Origin: a virus
Lineage: Duplodnaviria; Caudoviricetes
DNA length: 29,292 bases
Reading direction: 5' to 3' (one strand)
IMG/VR virus record: IMGVR_UViG_3300036857_000070
Span: 1-29,292 of that record
A program made the position numbers and the translations under genes. Below the pieces are notes generated by a model. The model made no database searches, had not been told where the DNA came from, and worked only from the letters and a program-made list of their open reading frames with translations. How positions within the stretch are numbered: the stretch's first letter is position 1; every line of letters begins with the position of its first letter. Shown piece by piece: positions 9,658 to 19,143 of this stretch.

Positions 9658-11021
9658 TATGCCTGTGTAGGTCCTTTCGTGACGTTCCCTTGACCACCAT
9701 TAGCGGAAATATCCGCTGTAGGTGCAGAACCCCCATCACCAGAGAAAGGAGGGCTTCCTGTGGTGATGGGAGTCTGCACCTTGCTTTTCTTGAGTGGAAT
9801 ATCGAAGAGCTTTCTGATGTACTGCTCTGTCTCGATATCCGGTGTCAAGATATTGTTATGGAACAAATTGGCTAGTGCTGCGGCTCCTTGCTGCATATCG
9901 CGCGCTTGACCAATATTCCTAACCTTCATCTGAGGCAGTACATCTGTCTCAAAATTGAAGAGTACCAACTTCGGGATCAAGAACATGTTGAAGTAGTCTG
10001 CTACTGCCTCTGCAATATACCAGACCGACTTATAGAACAAGTCGGTCTGACTTCCTGACGTGGCGCGTCCACCACCGGAAGTCTCTAAACCTAGCATCAT
10101 GAATTCTGCAAACACGTTCAACATAATGAGAATATCATGATGATTCGCTGAACCTAGTACATCGACTAAGTTGGTATGAATTTCTGCGAACTCGATTTCA
10201 TAACCTGGCGGCAGCGTAATGAAGCTGCGCTCATTAGTTCTAAGGTTACTTAAGAGTTCGTTCATGGCGTCTTTATCAGTCGCACGGAAACCTGGAGGAA
10301 GCTTACCCACAGGGACGCCAATACCGTGACGTTCTTTTTGGATTGCGTCTACTTTATAAAGGTGTGTCTTATAGTACCAATGCGGATAGGCGGTTCGTAG
10401 TAGTGACTCCCCAAGATAATCGTCTGAATCTCCAATAGAGAAAATGATTGCCTTTTCAATTGGAATGATGACTTCCTCACTCTTACCGTCTCCACGAAGT
10501 GCATTCTGGTAGATTTCCATGGGTCCGCCATTGTCATCATATTCAATTCTGTCAATTGTCGGCCCAGGTCTATAAGCAAGTTTCTTCAAGAGATTGTATC
10601 GTTTACGATTAGCCATGCTGCGATGTGGCGACCATAAACCAGTAGTATAAACTGGTTCGATGACCGCAGAACCGTGCTGGTACATCTTAAGCACCCTTGA
10701 GAGCACATACTGCCAAGGTGAAGTGAGGTTCTCGAAGAGATTGAAATGTACAAAGTCTGCGATATCCTCAGCTTGTTGATCTTCTCCGATTGGGTCAATG
10801 TAGAAATCTGCACTTTGGATCGGTGTCTTTCCTGCTCTTAAACTTACGCTAACTACGGCATCAGTACGGTTCATGTAATCGTATTGACGCAATGCTTGAG
10901 GTCTGTTTGCAAGCGTAGGTATCATGTCTCTAAGTTGTAGAGACAAGGCTGAGCCAAGCTCGTTTGTGAATTCTGGAGGTACTTCTTCTGCGCCTCTAGA
11001 AACGTAAGTTGTTTCGCTCAA
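9657..11021 (-). CDS. Portal protein (Mu gp29/DUF935-like)
   Basis: 454 aa right after terL; YLGESLLRTAYPHWYYK and ERHGIGVPVGK motifs. Confidence 0.9.
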   Translation of the reverse strand: MSETTYVSRGAEEVPPEFTNELGSALSLQLRDMIPTLANRPQALRQYDYMNRTDAVVSVSLRAGKTPIQSADFYIDPIGEDQQAEDIADFVHFNLFENLTSPWQYVLSRVLKMYQHGSAVIEPVYTTGLWSPHRSMANRKRYNLLKKLAYRPGPTIDRIEYDDNGGPMEIYQNALRGDGKSEEVIIPIEKAIIFSIGDSDDYLGESLLRTAYPHWYYKTHLYKVDAIQKERHGIGVPVGKLPPGFRATDKDAMNELLSNLRTNERSFITLPPGYEIEFAEIHTNLVDVLGSANHHDILIMLNVFAEFMMLGLETSGGGRATSGSQTDLFYKSVWYIAEAVADYFNMFLIPKLVLFNFETDVLPQMKVRNIGQARDMQQGAAALANLFHNNILTPDIETEQYIRKLFDIPLKKSKVQTPITTGSPPFSGDGGSAPTADISANGGQGNVTKGPTQA

Positions 11022-12439
11022 TCGTAACCAACCTTAGTATCAAGAACCATTTGTGTCTTTGTAGTAAAGTAGTTACGACTTTCTGAGTGATCGTTAGGAC
11101 TATACAGGTCACTCAGGCTCGATCCAGCACCCAAGATGAAATATTGACTATAGAAGTAACGTAAAGCATCGGGTCCGTGGTCATCGTAGTCTACTTGACC
11201 TTCTTTGGGGTTCTTGCCCTCTGCTTCAGGCTTGCGTCTTAGCGCCTGCATCTGCCTGATTAACTCTACACAGCTTCTGTCGATGTAAAGTTTGGGTAGA
11301 CCATCCGGCTGTATCTTGAGTCCACGCTTGACAGCTTCGATTCCATGTTCCCAAGGTACAGGCTCCGCAAAAATCTGTCCTAATACCAACGATAGATTCG
11401 CAATTGAATCTGCTCCCGCGGGATCAGCGAACATACCGTCCAAATGCCAACCTTGCGGATTTTCCCGTTGGAGTAGAATGTGAGCGTGCTCCCAAGATGA
11501 CAGGTACTTAACTTGATATTCCCTCCATACATAGACATTGTCATCCGGATCGACCATGATATCCAGACAGACGAATGGAGCCGTAAACCCATGGTCAAAT
11601 ACCCAAAATGTTCTCCAAGCTGGGTTATACGATATGTCCTTGACGTGAATACGCTCATCGAACTCTTCATAGATAGAACCCGCAATGTTGGTGAACTTGG
11701 CCGCATACTGCTGTCCCCAGTATGACACACTAACGATACGAGAAATTCGTACGAGTTCTGGATTGCAAGTACAAACTCCTTGAATATGCAAACACTCTTC
11801 GTTGAATCCACCAGGAAACCGTGCGCTATTCAACCATGTAGGATACTGCCATGATGCGTAGTCAGGCATGTCAGGCATTTGACCAAACTGCCACATAGCA
11901 TGAATCCAGTTGAATCCCTTAGGCGTAGTAGGGAATGTAGCCCATCCGAGTTTATCGGACAACGCCGGCTCAACTCTACTCTCCCAAATTTCAAGAGTAT
12001 GTTCAGCCGCCTCTGACATTATAACTCCATCCAATCCTTCGCCCAGGAGGGAGTCGGGATTCGTGGCACTAACACATTCGACCACAGTATTCCATGGAAA
12101 CGTAATTCGCATGTCGCCTTGCTTAACGTTGTTGGACGATCTGATCTTATCATGCATATTAAGCTTTCGGCGATCATGAAAGGCATTATAAACAATGCGG
12201 AACTCCTTCTCCGCTAGTTTGTATGTTGGTCCGCAGATCCAGTAGTACGAATCCGGGATGAAACAATCCTCGATAAGGTCTACAGCTGCCATCGTACTTT
12301 TTCCAAAACGTCTCCCACAGACAGCAGCGCGGAACCTAGCATTACTATCGTGGAATTGTTGTTGTTCTGGACCATGTGGGCTATAGCCGATCTTCTTCCA
12401 GAGCGCATCACGATTGATTGCTGATTGTCTACGGCTCAT
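11018..12439 (-). CDS. terL: Terminase large subunit
   Basis: Walker A CGRRFGKS, Walker B-like VIMSEAAE, TTPKG motif, and nuclease residues in FDHG and DHGPDALRY. Confidence 0.96.
   Translation of the reverse strand: MSRRQSAINRDALWKKIGYSPHGPEQQQFHDSNARFRAAVCGRRFGKSTMAAVDLIEDCFIPDSYYWICGPTYKLAEKEFRIVYNAFHDRRKLNMHDKIRSSNNVKQGDMRITFPWNTVVECVSATNPDSLLGEGLDGVIMSEAAEHTLEIWESRVEPALSDKLGWATFPTTPKGFNWIHAMWQFGQMPDMPDYASWQYPTWLNSARFPGGFNEECLHIQGVCTCNPELVRISRIVSVSYWGQQYAAKFTNIAGSIYEEFDERIHVKDISYNPAWRTFWVFDHGFTAPFVCLDIMVDPDDNVYVWREYQVKYLSSWEHAHILLQRENPQGWHLDGMFADPAGADSIANLSLVLGQIFAEPVPWEHGIEAVKRGLKIQPDGLPKLYIDRSCVELIRQMQALRRKPEAEGKNPKEGQVDYDDHGPDALRYFYSQYFILGAGSSLSDLYSPNDHSESRNYFTTKTQMVLDTKVGYD
12401..12439. 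repeat. 39-bp direct repeat B, copy 1 (first 13 codons of terL)
   Basis: Identical to 12678-12716. Confidence 0.97.
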
Positions 12440-12648
12440 TTTGGGAACAACTTTTCTCGTGCATCATCATATCCACAAGTACAAGGTGGATTTCCTTTGT
12501 GCCATTCTCCATCTAGATCAATTGCTGTACAATCCCGAGTATGCCATGCATAATCCCGGATAAAATCTTCAACACGTCCAATGAATTTTCTCATTAAATC
12601 TATGTTCATTACATTAACATTGACTTTAATTTCATCTTGAGGACTCAT
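12436..12648 (-). CDS. Hypothetical 70-aa protein with an HxxxC...CxC putative metal-binding motif
   Basis: ATGA overlaps at both ends; WHTRDC...PPCTCG. Confidence 0.7.
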   Translation of the reverse strand: MSPQDEIKVNVNVMNIDLMRKFIGRVEDFIRDYAWHTRDCTAIDLDGEWHKGNPPCTCGYDDAREKLFPK

Positions 12649-12677
12649 GCATATCCCTCCACAGTAAAGCGGATAGG
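12643..12677. repeat. 35-bp direct repeat A, copy 1 (3' end of the 103-aa gene)
   Basis: Matches 12908-12942 with one mismatch (12666 vs 12931). Confidence 0.97.
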
Positions 12678-12716
12678 GAGCGCATCACGATTGATTGCTG
12701 ATTGTCTACGGCTCAT
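12645..12716 (-). CDS. Chimeric 23-aa mini-ORF (terL start fused to the end of the 103-aa gene)
   Basis: MSRRQSAINRDAL+PIRFTVEGYA* in frame, with overlapping start/stop coupling to both neighbours. Confidence 0.55.
   Translation of the reverse strand: MSRRQSAINRDALPIRFTVEGYA
12678..12716. repeat. 39-bp direct repeat B, copy 2
   Basis: Identical to 12401-12439. Confidence 0.97.
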
Positions 12717-12913
12717 CAATGATCCTTACACGTACAATATTCGTGCATATAGTTATCCATTGCATCGAGGATAGGATTTAGGATTGTTGTAAGTTGCGCA
12801 CCTGAGTTCTGTAGGTTACTCGGAATTGAAAGTTCCCATCTAATACTAGCCATATAGTCATCATATGTCTTAGCAGGTGGTACTGGTTTCTTTGCAGGTT
12901 CGACACCACTCAT
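12716..12913 (-). CDS. Hypothetical 65-aa protein ending HEYCTCKDH
   Basis: Coupled overlaps at both ends; GGAGG RBS inside the upstream gene. Confidence 0.7.
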   Translation of the reverse strand: MSGVEPAKKPVPPAKTYDDYMASIRWELSIPSNLQNSGAQLTTILNPILDAMDNYMHEYCTCKDH

Positions 12914-12942
12914 GCATATCCCTCCACAGTGAAGCGGATAGG
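12908..12942. repeat. 35-bp direct repeat A, copy 2
   Basis: Matches 12643-12677 with one synonymous mismatch. Confidence 0.97.
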
Positions 12943-13221
12943 ACCCAATCTCGGAGCCTCCGCTGTGGGAAGTCCTGTCAACGTAACGTAAAGCTCATAA
13001 TCGTTACGCCCGCCCCAATCCTCCACAGGCTCGATTAAACACTTTACTCTCATGCCATCTACGATTACGTCATCTGACGCATCAACTACTTTTCCTTCAT
13101 ACTGAGAATCATAGATATCAAAGGTCGCATCAGCAAGTTCTGTTACCTCGCCAAGCGTCTCAGTAACATCTATGACAAGGTATTCACTCGTACCCATGTT
13201 GAACTTCAGAATTTGACTCAC
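12910..13221 (-). CDS. Hypothetical 103-aa beta-sandwich-like virion protein
   Basis: Beta-strand pattern; translationally coupled within the late operon. Confidence 0.75.
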   Translation of the reverse strand: MSQILKFNMGTSEYLVIDVTETLGEVTELADATFDIYDSQYEGKVVDASDDVIVDGMRVKCLIEPVEDWGGRNDYELYVTLTGLPTAEAPRLGPIRFTVEGYA

Positions 13222-15554
13222 GTGACCATCATCTGCCTTTCTTTGTCCGTCACGTGTTTAAACACCTTATAGGTGTAGTGACGTTTTGTTCTCGTTGCAG
13301 ATACATGCTTATAGACACCGATGCCGTAGTTCTCTACTACGACTGTATATGACCAATGTTTATAAGCATGTACTGCAAGAACTTCGATGGTGACTGTAGT
13401 TCTTCTGCGATAAGTATCAACTCCAATTCCTGTGTCAAGTTCAATGTAATATGCGTGAAGATCGAAGTCGTCAGTACCCACAGCAAAGTCGGAGACTGTT
13501 GGGTTGTTCGTAGTGTAAGCAACCTCGTCATCAGTTGCGAAGTCCTCTACAGTAAATGCGATGTTAGCGAACTGATCAATTCCTGTACCAGAGTCAAGTG
13601 TACTGAGGATCGCGAGAAGATCAGTTGTTTCAGAGACAACATTTACGTCAGCGGTACTAATAACAGCGCTTGATGTTGCGACTTCGGTTGATGTAGTAGT
13701 ATCTGTGTAAGTGATCTGTACTGTAAGGATTGCAGTTTCGGATGCTGTCGCAGACTCTTCCTGGAAAACGTACTTGACTCCACTCTCGTCAGTTGTTGAG
13801 GAATCACTATCAGTGATATAAGCGTGAAGATCAAATGTTTCTGTATCTGTTCCTGTGTCTACTGTAGAGAATGTGATCGTACCATCTTCTGTGCTTGTAC
13901 CCGTGTCACTCTGAGAATATGTAGCCGATTGTGTAGATGTATCAGTTGTCGTATTGGTATCGACATTAGTAAGAGCTGCTGCTAGTGTTTCCGCCTCAGT
14001 ATCTGTTCCAGTGTCTGTATCTGAGACTGGAATTCCACCTGTAGTTAGTGATGATGTATCCGCACCTGTTCCTGTATCGGTATCTGTAATTTGTGCAGTA
14101 AGTGTGCTTGCTTCGGTATCTGTACCTGTATCTGTCGCAGAAACAGGAACCGTGACTAGTTCTGTTTCACTACCTGTACCTGTATCTGTAACTGTATAGG
14201 TTGCTGTTTCTGTTGCAGCTTCTGTATCTGTTCCCGTATCAGTGACCGTAACCGCTGCTGTAAGTACGGAAGTCTCACTATCTGTTCCTGTATCTGTATC
14301 ATTTACTAGTGTTGCAGCAGCAGAGCGTACAAAGACTAATGGTCCTAGTGTTTCACCTGCCTGGAATACATCAGCATTTTGATTGTACTGTTTGCCTTCT
14401 GCTCCTGGAAATGCTTCACCGAGTTGGAAATAATAAGAATCGTTAACATTATTACTAATTTCTACTGTAACAGGATAATCAAAGTAAAGGCTATATTTAC
14501 GATAAGCAGAACCATCACCCCAACTGCCTACAACCGGATTTGCAGTAGGTGAATAAGTAATCCCAGCTGCACCTTTGATGTAATGTGGAGCATATGTTTG
14601 ACCCCTAGCAAAAATTTCACCAATGCCAGATTTAGTTCCCCACCATGCACCAATCCAATAAGTATGATTTGCTAAGAGTGTCGGAGGACCCCCAAAATTT
14701 GTCCAGTTAGGAAATTGGACCCATGTTCCATTCATTGTGGAATCAATAGCTACTTCATCGGTTACACCAATTAATGTGGTAAGAGCATCGTCAGTCGAAG
14801 GGTCAGCGTCAAAGATGAAAAGACGCATCTTTTGATTGGTACCCACTTCGTCATAGTGATCTACATAGAACCAACCAGATTCTAGAACTCCACCTTGATT
14901 GGTTGTCTGCCAACCAGAAATAATAGCCAAATCGCCTGGATAATGCTCAGTGAAATCAGAATTGTGATGATCGGAGTTACCGAAAATTAGGGGCTGGTCA
15001 GATTCAAAGTAAAGTGAATATCGAACTAATTCTGGGCCATTTGTCCATCCTGAGATTGTAGGATTTCCAGTAGATGAATATGTAGCAGAAAGGTTATATT
15101 GTTGGGAATAGACACCAATATGTATATTAGTGTTACCATCTCCAGGAATTCTGAATCTACCTGAGTTGACTTGAGTTCCCCACCACACACCGATTGAATA
15201 TGAAGAATTAGGATCAAGAGTAGGAGGACCACCAAAATTTGTCCATGATGGGAATTCATACCAACCGGCTGCGCTAGACTGATCAACAGTAATCTCGTCA
15301 GTTACACCAACTACAGTAGTTCCCATAATTGGTGCACCGCCAGAAGCACCGCTAGACTTAAAAATTATAAGTCTTACTTTTTGAGAACGGGTTCCACTGC
15401 CAGCTACAGAATCTAGGTATGCCCAACCTGATCCTAAAGTTGGACCTATTGGGCCAGTTGTAATTGGGCCAGCGACAACGACCGCACCATCCGCATTGTC
15501 GTGGATAGTATCCGATGCGATACTGTCGTAACCGAATGGGTAAGTAACGCTCAA
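13218..15554 (-). CDS. Putative virion fibre/appendage protein: two tandem N-terminal domains plus a Thr/Asp-rich repeat stalk
   Basis: Duplicated WxxFPxWTNFGGPPTL...YxIGxWWGT domain, followed by about 17 repeats of about 18 aa (e.g. VTVTDTGTDTEAATETAT). Confidence 0.7.
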   Translation of the reverse strand: MSVTYPFGYDSIASDTIHDNADGAVVVAGPITTGPIGPTLGSGWAYLDSVAGSGTRSQKVRLIIFKSSGASGGAPIMGTTVVGVTDEITVDQSSAAGWYEFPSWTNFGGPPTLDPNSSYSIGVWWGTQVNSGRFRIPGDGNTNIHIGVYSQQYNLSATYSSTGNPTISGWTNGPELVRYSLYFESDQPLIFGNSDHHNSDFTEHYPGDLAIISGWQTTNQGGVLESGWFYVDHYDEVGTNQKMRLFIFDADPSTDDALTTLIGVTDEVAIDSTMNGTWVQFPNWTNFGGPPTLLANHTYWIGAWWGTKSGIGEIFARGQTYAPHYIKGAAGITYSPTANPVVGSWGDGSAYRKYSLYFDYPVTVEISNNVNDSYYFQLGEAFPGAEGKQYNQNADVFQAGETLGPLVFVRSAAATLVNDTDTGTDSETSVLTAAVTVTDTGTDTEAATETATYTVTDTGTGSETELVTVPVSATDTGTDTEASTLTAQITDTDTGTGADTSSLTTGGIPVSDTDTGTDTEAETLAAALTNVDTNTTTDTSTQSATYSQSDTGTSTEDGTITFSTVDTGTDTETFDLHAYITDSDSSTTDESGVKYVFQEESATASETAILTVQITYTDTTTSTEVATSSAVISTADVNVVSETTDLLAILSTLDSGTGIDQFANIAFTVEDFATDDEVAYTTNNPTVSDFAVGTDDFDLHAYYIELDTGIGVDTYRRRTTVTIEVLAVHAYKHWSYTVVVENYGIGVYKHVSATRTKRHYTYKVFKHVTDKERQMMVT

Positions 15555-17500
15555 GTCACACTCAAGTTAGCAAAGGATACGACACTTACTCCAGTCCCAT
15601 CATATGACGCAATACGCACTGTAACCCAACCTGTAGCAGTTGGTGTAAAGGATGCAGCAGTTAATGTATTCCATGTACCTGATGCACCAGTATCTACAAT
15701 AGTTTGTGCAGGAATTCCTAATCGTCCATTAGCAAGAATCTGCATGGCGGGTAAACCCCTCCGAGAGGGAGCTGAGTATGCACTATCACGTTGTACCTTG
15801 ATAGAGATAACGGTTGCGGTTGTATCTACAGGGAGTAAGAATTCCTGATATCCTGGGCCTGTAAATTGCCAGTCATATGTTCCCACAGGAGGAGCTGGAG
15901 AGGTTGCTTGGGTAGGTGTATTGCCACGCTCTAATGCACCTACGGCTGGGTATGGTAATGATCCACCACCTGCGGGCCGAGGTCGATTATACAAGTCATA
16001 TGCAGTTTGTCTACCATCACTACCGAAGCCTAGCAGCGGGCTTCCGGCCATCGGTTCACCAAACGGACGTAATAGTCCACCCCAGATGCGTTCCTGACCA
16101 AAATGGAACAGTGGTGCATATGAACCATCACTAATGGAATGAGCGCCCGTATTGACATTCGTACGTGGGGCACCGGAAACAATAAGGTTGTAGTCTTCGA
16201 TGATTTGTCCCAGTGTTACTGCCGTAAGTGCATTTCCTCCTCCAGCCATAATAAAACAGTTGACAATCTGTGAAGGAAAGATAGTGCTGTTGTTAGCCGA
16301 CACTACGTTCAGTCCACCATTACCTAGAATAAAACAGTTCATTATCCGCAACCCATTACCTCTGTTTGCCGCCGTTCCAACAGCGCCGACAGTGAATGCG
16401 TTAGCAGAAGAACCACCAAAAAAGAGTGCATTACAATTTCTTACAAAAACACAGCTATCGTAATCGGAGCCAACGCCCGTAGTAAGAGAAAGGGTTACTG
16501 CCCATCCATTAGAGGTTCCACCACCAACGAATACACATCTATCTGCTACCAAGTTCAATGGAACACCGTATGCCGATACAGCGGTTATACAACCGCGAAC
16601 GCCACCAATGGGGCCTGGCATTAGGAACGCGCAATCATAAAACGAGATGTTTTGGCTCGTTGCTGTATTTGCAGTCACAATGAAATTGCTATTATTGCCA
16701 ACGAACATGATGTTCGAGAACGCCAGGTTCGACTTACCATTCAGGTTCAACAGTGTTGTTGCCGAAGGTGCAGTCCTGTCATTAGTTGTGTATGCAGTTA
16801 ATTGAACCATGCCTGCGTCGCCTGTGTACTGACCTGTTACGTCACCGACGATGTTTACGACACCGTTAAAGGCGGGGGTGAACATCCCTTGTCCGGTAGA
16901 TGGTGTCACGACATTCACAGCCCTATACGTTCCTGCGCCGATAAAGACGGTATCTCCCGATAAAACTGCACCTTGCGCGCTGGCGGTGACGGCTGTGTCC
17001 CCTACTACAGCACGGAGGTCAGCCCAAGCACCTCCTAACGCCCATGTTAGTCCGGTTCCAAACGGCTGGTTATTTGCGTTGATAGTCACCGTTGTCGAAG
17101 AAATCAAGCCGGTGACTTTGACACGCCATGCGTTAGCACCTGTACGAAGGCACAAGCCTTTTCCTACATCAGCAGACGTAAACCCCGCTGTTGCTGACGT
17201 AAACCGTCCTGCAAAAGAAGCATCACCATCAGTCCCGGAGCGTTCAGGTGTAAGAGAGGCTGACGAGCCACCGTTGTTATTCGATCCTCCTACTCTTACA
17301 TACCAATTCGTCGGTTGCTGTAACGCATCTGCTGGTGGGCCTATATAACCTCTTACGCCATTTGGTGTTGCAGGGCCGAACGTGTCTGCGTATTTACAAA
17401 CACCAGTCCCCACAGATGCGATAGGGCCGCGCAATCTCGACCAAGCTAAAACCTTGGTTGTCGGGAACCTTGCTACATTAGAGATACCTAGCGGTGGCAT
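15551..17500 (-). CDS. Putative receptor-binding / beta-helix (pectin-lyase-like) virion protein
   Basis: 649 aa; SGDTVFIGAGTYR followed by repeated hydrophobic-x-(N/D/R)C-x-F strands typical of right-handed beta-helices; C-terminal D..NRPRP....AVGALE. Confidence 0.65.
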   Translation of the reverse strand: MPPLGISNVARFPTTKVLAWSRLRGPIASVGTGVCKYADTFGPATPNGVRGYIGPPADALQQPTNWYVRVGGSNNNGGSSASLTPERSGTDGDASFAGRFTSATAGFTSADVGKGLCLRTGANAWRVKVTGLISSTTVTINANNQPFGTGLTWALGGAWADLRAVVGDTAVTASAQGAVLSGDTVFIGAGTYRAVNVVTPSTGQGMFTPAFNGVVNIVGDVTGQYTGDAGMVQLTAYTTNDRTAPSATTLLNLNGKSNLAFSNIMFVGNNSNFIVTANTATSQNISFYDCAFLMPGPIGGVRGCITAVSAYGVPLNLVADRCVFVGGGTSNGWAVTLSLTTGVGSDYDSCVFVRNCNALFFGGSSANAFTVGAVGTAANRGNGLRIMNCFILGNGGLNVVSANNSTIFPSQIVNCFIMAGGGNALTAVTLGQIIEDYNLIVSGAPRTNVNTGAHSISDGSYAPLFHFGQERIWGGLLRPFGEPMAGSPLLGFGSDGRQTAYDLYNRPRPAGGGSLPYPAVGALERGNTPTQATSPAPPVGTYDWQFTGPGYQEFLLPVDTTATVISIKVQRDSAYSAPSRRGLPAMQILANGRLGIPAQTIVDTGASGTWNTLTAASFTPTATGWVTVRIASYDGTGVSVVSFANLSVT

Positions 17501-17504
17501 GGTA

Positions 17505-18257
17505 TTAGTTCAAGGAGAGTACAGGAGCCGTCCACTGACATGTTACTGTATTTGTTGCTGCGTTAGTACCCCATGTATTTGATAAGATCAAACCCGTTGC
17601 TGCTGTACTGTCAATGGTGGTAGCTACTGTACCTCCCATCGACTGAACGATCCCAGCTGCTGTAGTTAATCCACCGATAACGATGTAACCGTTCCCTGTA
17701 CCTGTTGCACCTGATGCAGCAAGTCCAATATTTCTGATATTCAAAGTGAATTGCCATGTCCATGGCACAGCCGACAATGATGCAATCATGGTTGTACCGG
17801 TAGTTGCACCCAAAGTAATATTCGAGCTAGGTGTTACACTCTGCCCACAGCGAGGCGTCCATGTTGCTGTCGGTGCGGCAGACGAGGTTCCTAAAACACC
17901 GCCTGCATTACCCTGGTACAACTTACCACTAGTCATGCTGTTTGCAGGAATAGGTGTCCAAATTGCAGGCACCCACAGGTTAGTTTCTACATTGGTAGTA
18001 TTAACTGCCGTGAACGATGTAGGTGGTCCGCTAGGCTGGCCTTCGGGTGCAACAAGTCCGTTCAACATTACAAGTTCAGGGTTTTGCTGTCCCTTTAGGA
18101 TCAATCGCTTGGTTCTCTCCGGCAACTTTTCGAGGTATTTCCAACGTTCCCAAGGGCCCAATGTAGCATTCCTCATGGTGCGTTCATGGTCAATTAATTC
18201 GTCAAGGATACTACGCCACCGCCGGCCCGTAATTACCTGATCTTCCAAGTCGATCAT
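17505..18257 (-). CDS. Hypothetical virion structural protein
   Basis: 250 aa; charged leader of about 64 aa, then a Thr/Gly/Ala-rich beta domain. Confidence 0.7.
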   Translation of the reverse strand: MIDLEDQVITGRRWRSILDELIDHERTMRNATLGPWERWKYLEKLPERTKRLILKGQQNPELVMLNGLVAPEGQPSGPPTSFTAVNTTNVETNLWVPAIWTPIPANSMTSGKLYQGNAGGVLGTSSAAPTATWTPRCGQSVTPSSNITLGATTGTTMIASLSAVPWTWQFTLNIRNIGLAASGATGTGNGYIVIGGLTTAAGIVQSMGGTVATTIDSTAATGLILSNTWGTNAATNTVTCQWTAPVLSLN

Positions 18258-18478
18258 TGGATTTCCTCCATCGTCGCCAGGTATGTTACTGGCGGATCTT
18301 CGACTAACCTTGTCTCTGGATCTTGAACATTTACCCAGAACTTAAATACGCCATCCTCAATTCCGGTTTCCGTTACGATACCATACATCTTAGGATGGAC
18401 TGGGTGATCCTCAATGAAGGCTACCTTTTCGCCAACCTGGAAAGGCAAAACCCCCACAGGGATAGGGTCAAGTGCCAT
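18254..18478 (-). CDS. Hypothetical small protein (SH3-like strand pattern)
   Basis: FQVGEKVAF...MYGIVTE; ATG 18478 follows GGTGA (the ORF track starts it at GTG 18487). Confidence 0.65.
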   Translation of the reverse strand: MALDPIPVGVLPFQVGEKVAFIEDHPVHPKMYGIVTETGIEDGVFKFWVNVQDPETRLVEDPPVTYLATMEEIQ

Positions 18479-19121
18479 TGTTGTCACCAGTCATTACTAC
18501 CACCTGCCTCCCTTCAAACAGCGGTGCTAAACTAACTGTAGTTATGTGGTCGCAGAACCAACCATCCCACCATGCTCCAACTTTATAACCGGCTTTTCGT
18601 AGGTCCTCACAGAACAAGAAGTCATCGCTCATGCTTCCTGTATCTTGCATTCTAAATCTTAGGGTGTCAAATACCTCTCTACCTATCGCGCAGCATCCAG
18701 TAGCTACCGTATCTACTTCGTTAATACCTTCAGTCAGGTCACACGGTTTGCCATCTTTGTAGGCAGTCAATATTAGCTGCTCTGAATTTATCGGATGCGG
18801 CATCGGATGCGGGATTGCAACTATTGCGTATTCGGGTATATAGTTAGGTAATGTTTCAAGCAAATGTGGCGGTGGGACAATATCGTCATCTACCATAATC
18901 AACGTTTGGCAGTCTGTAGCCATAAATTGCTCAACTATCCTGTTCCTTGTAAGTGCAACGTTAAGGTTACCTGCTTGGTACAATATTGGCGGTAGGTCTG
19001 GGTTATTCCGGGTTATTTCATTTAGTCGTTTAACAGTTTCCCACCTAATACTACCACGGGTAGGTACTGCGATCATGCAGGTCGCAGGTTTATTTCCTTT
19101 TAGGAAATCGTAACTTGTCAC
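18468..19121 (-). CDS. Glycosyltransferase, GT-A fold (GT2-like)
   Basis: IAVPTRG start, TRNRIV, DxD motif in MVDDDIV, ATGCCAIGREVF, SDDFLFC. Confidence 0.87.
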   Translation of the reverse strand: MTSYDFLKGNKPATCMIAVPTRGSIRWETVKRLNEITRNNPDLPPILYQAGNLNVALTRNRIVEQFMATDCQTLIMVDDDIVPPPHLLETLPNYIPEYAIVAIPHPMPHPINSEQLILTAYKDGKPCDLTEGINEVDTVATGCCAIGREVFDTLRFRMQDTGSMSDDFLFCEDLRKAGYKVGAWWDGWFCDHITTVSLAPLFEGRQVVVMTGDNNGT

Positions 19122-19143
19122 ATCTCCCTTTAGTATTCTACAT

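Noticed and set aside
12401-12942. Direct repeats as attP or transposon target duplications
   Set aside because: The repeats are interleaved copies of neighbouring gene ends (A-B-A-B), with no transposase, integrase or terminal inverted repeats.
13218-17500. Diversity-generating retroelement targeting the fibre genes
   Set aside because: No reverse transcriptase and no template/variable repeat pair differing at adenines was seen.
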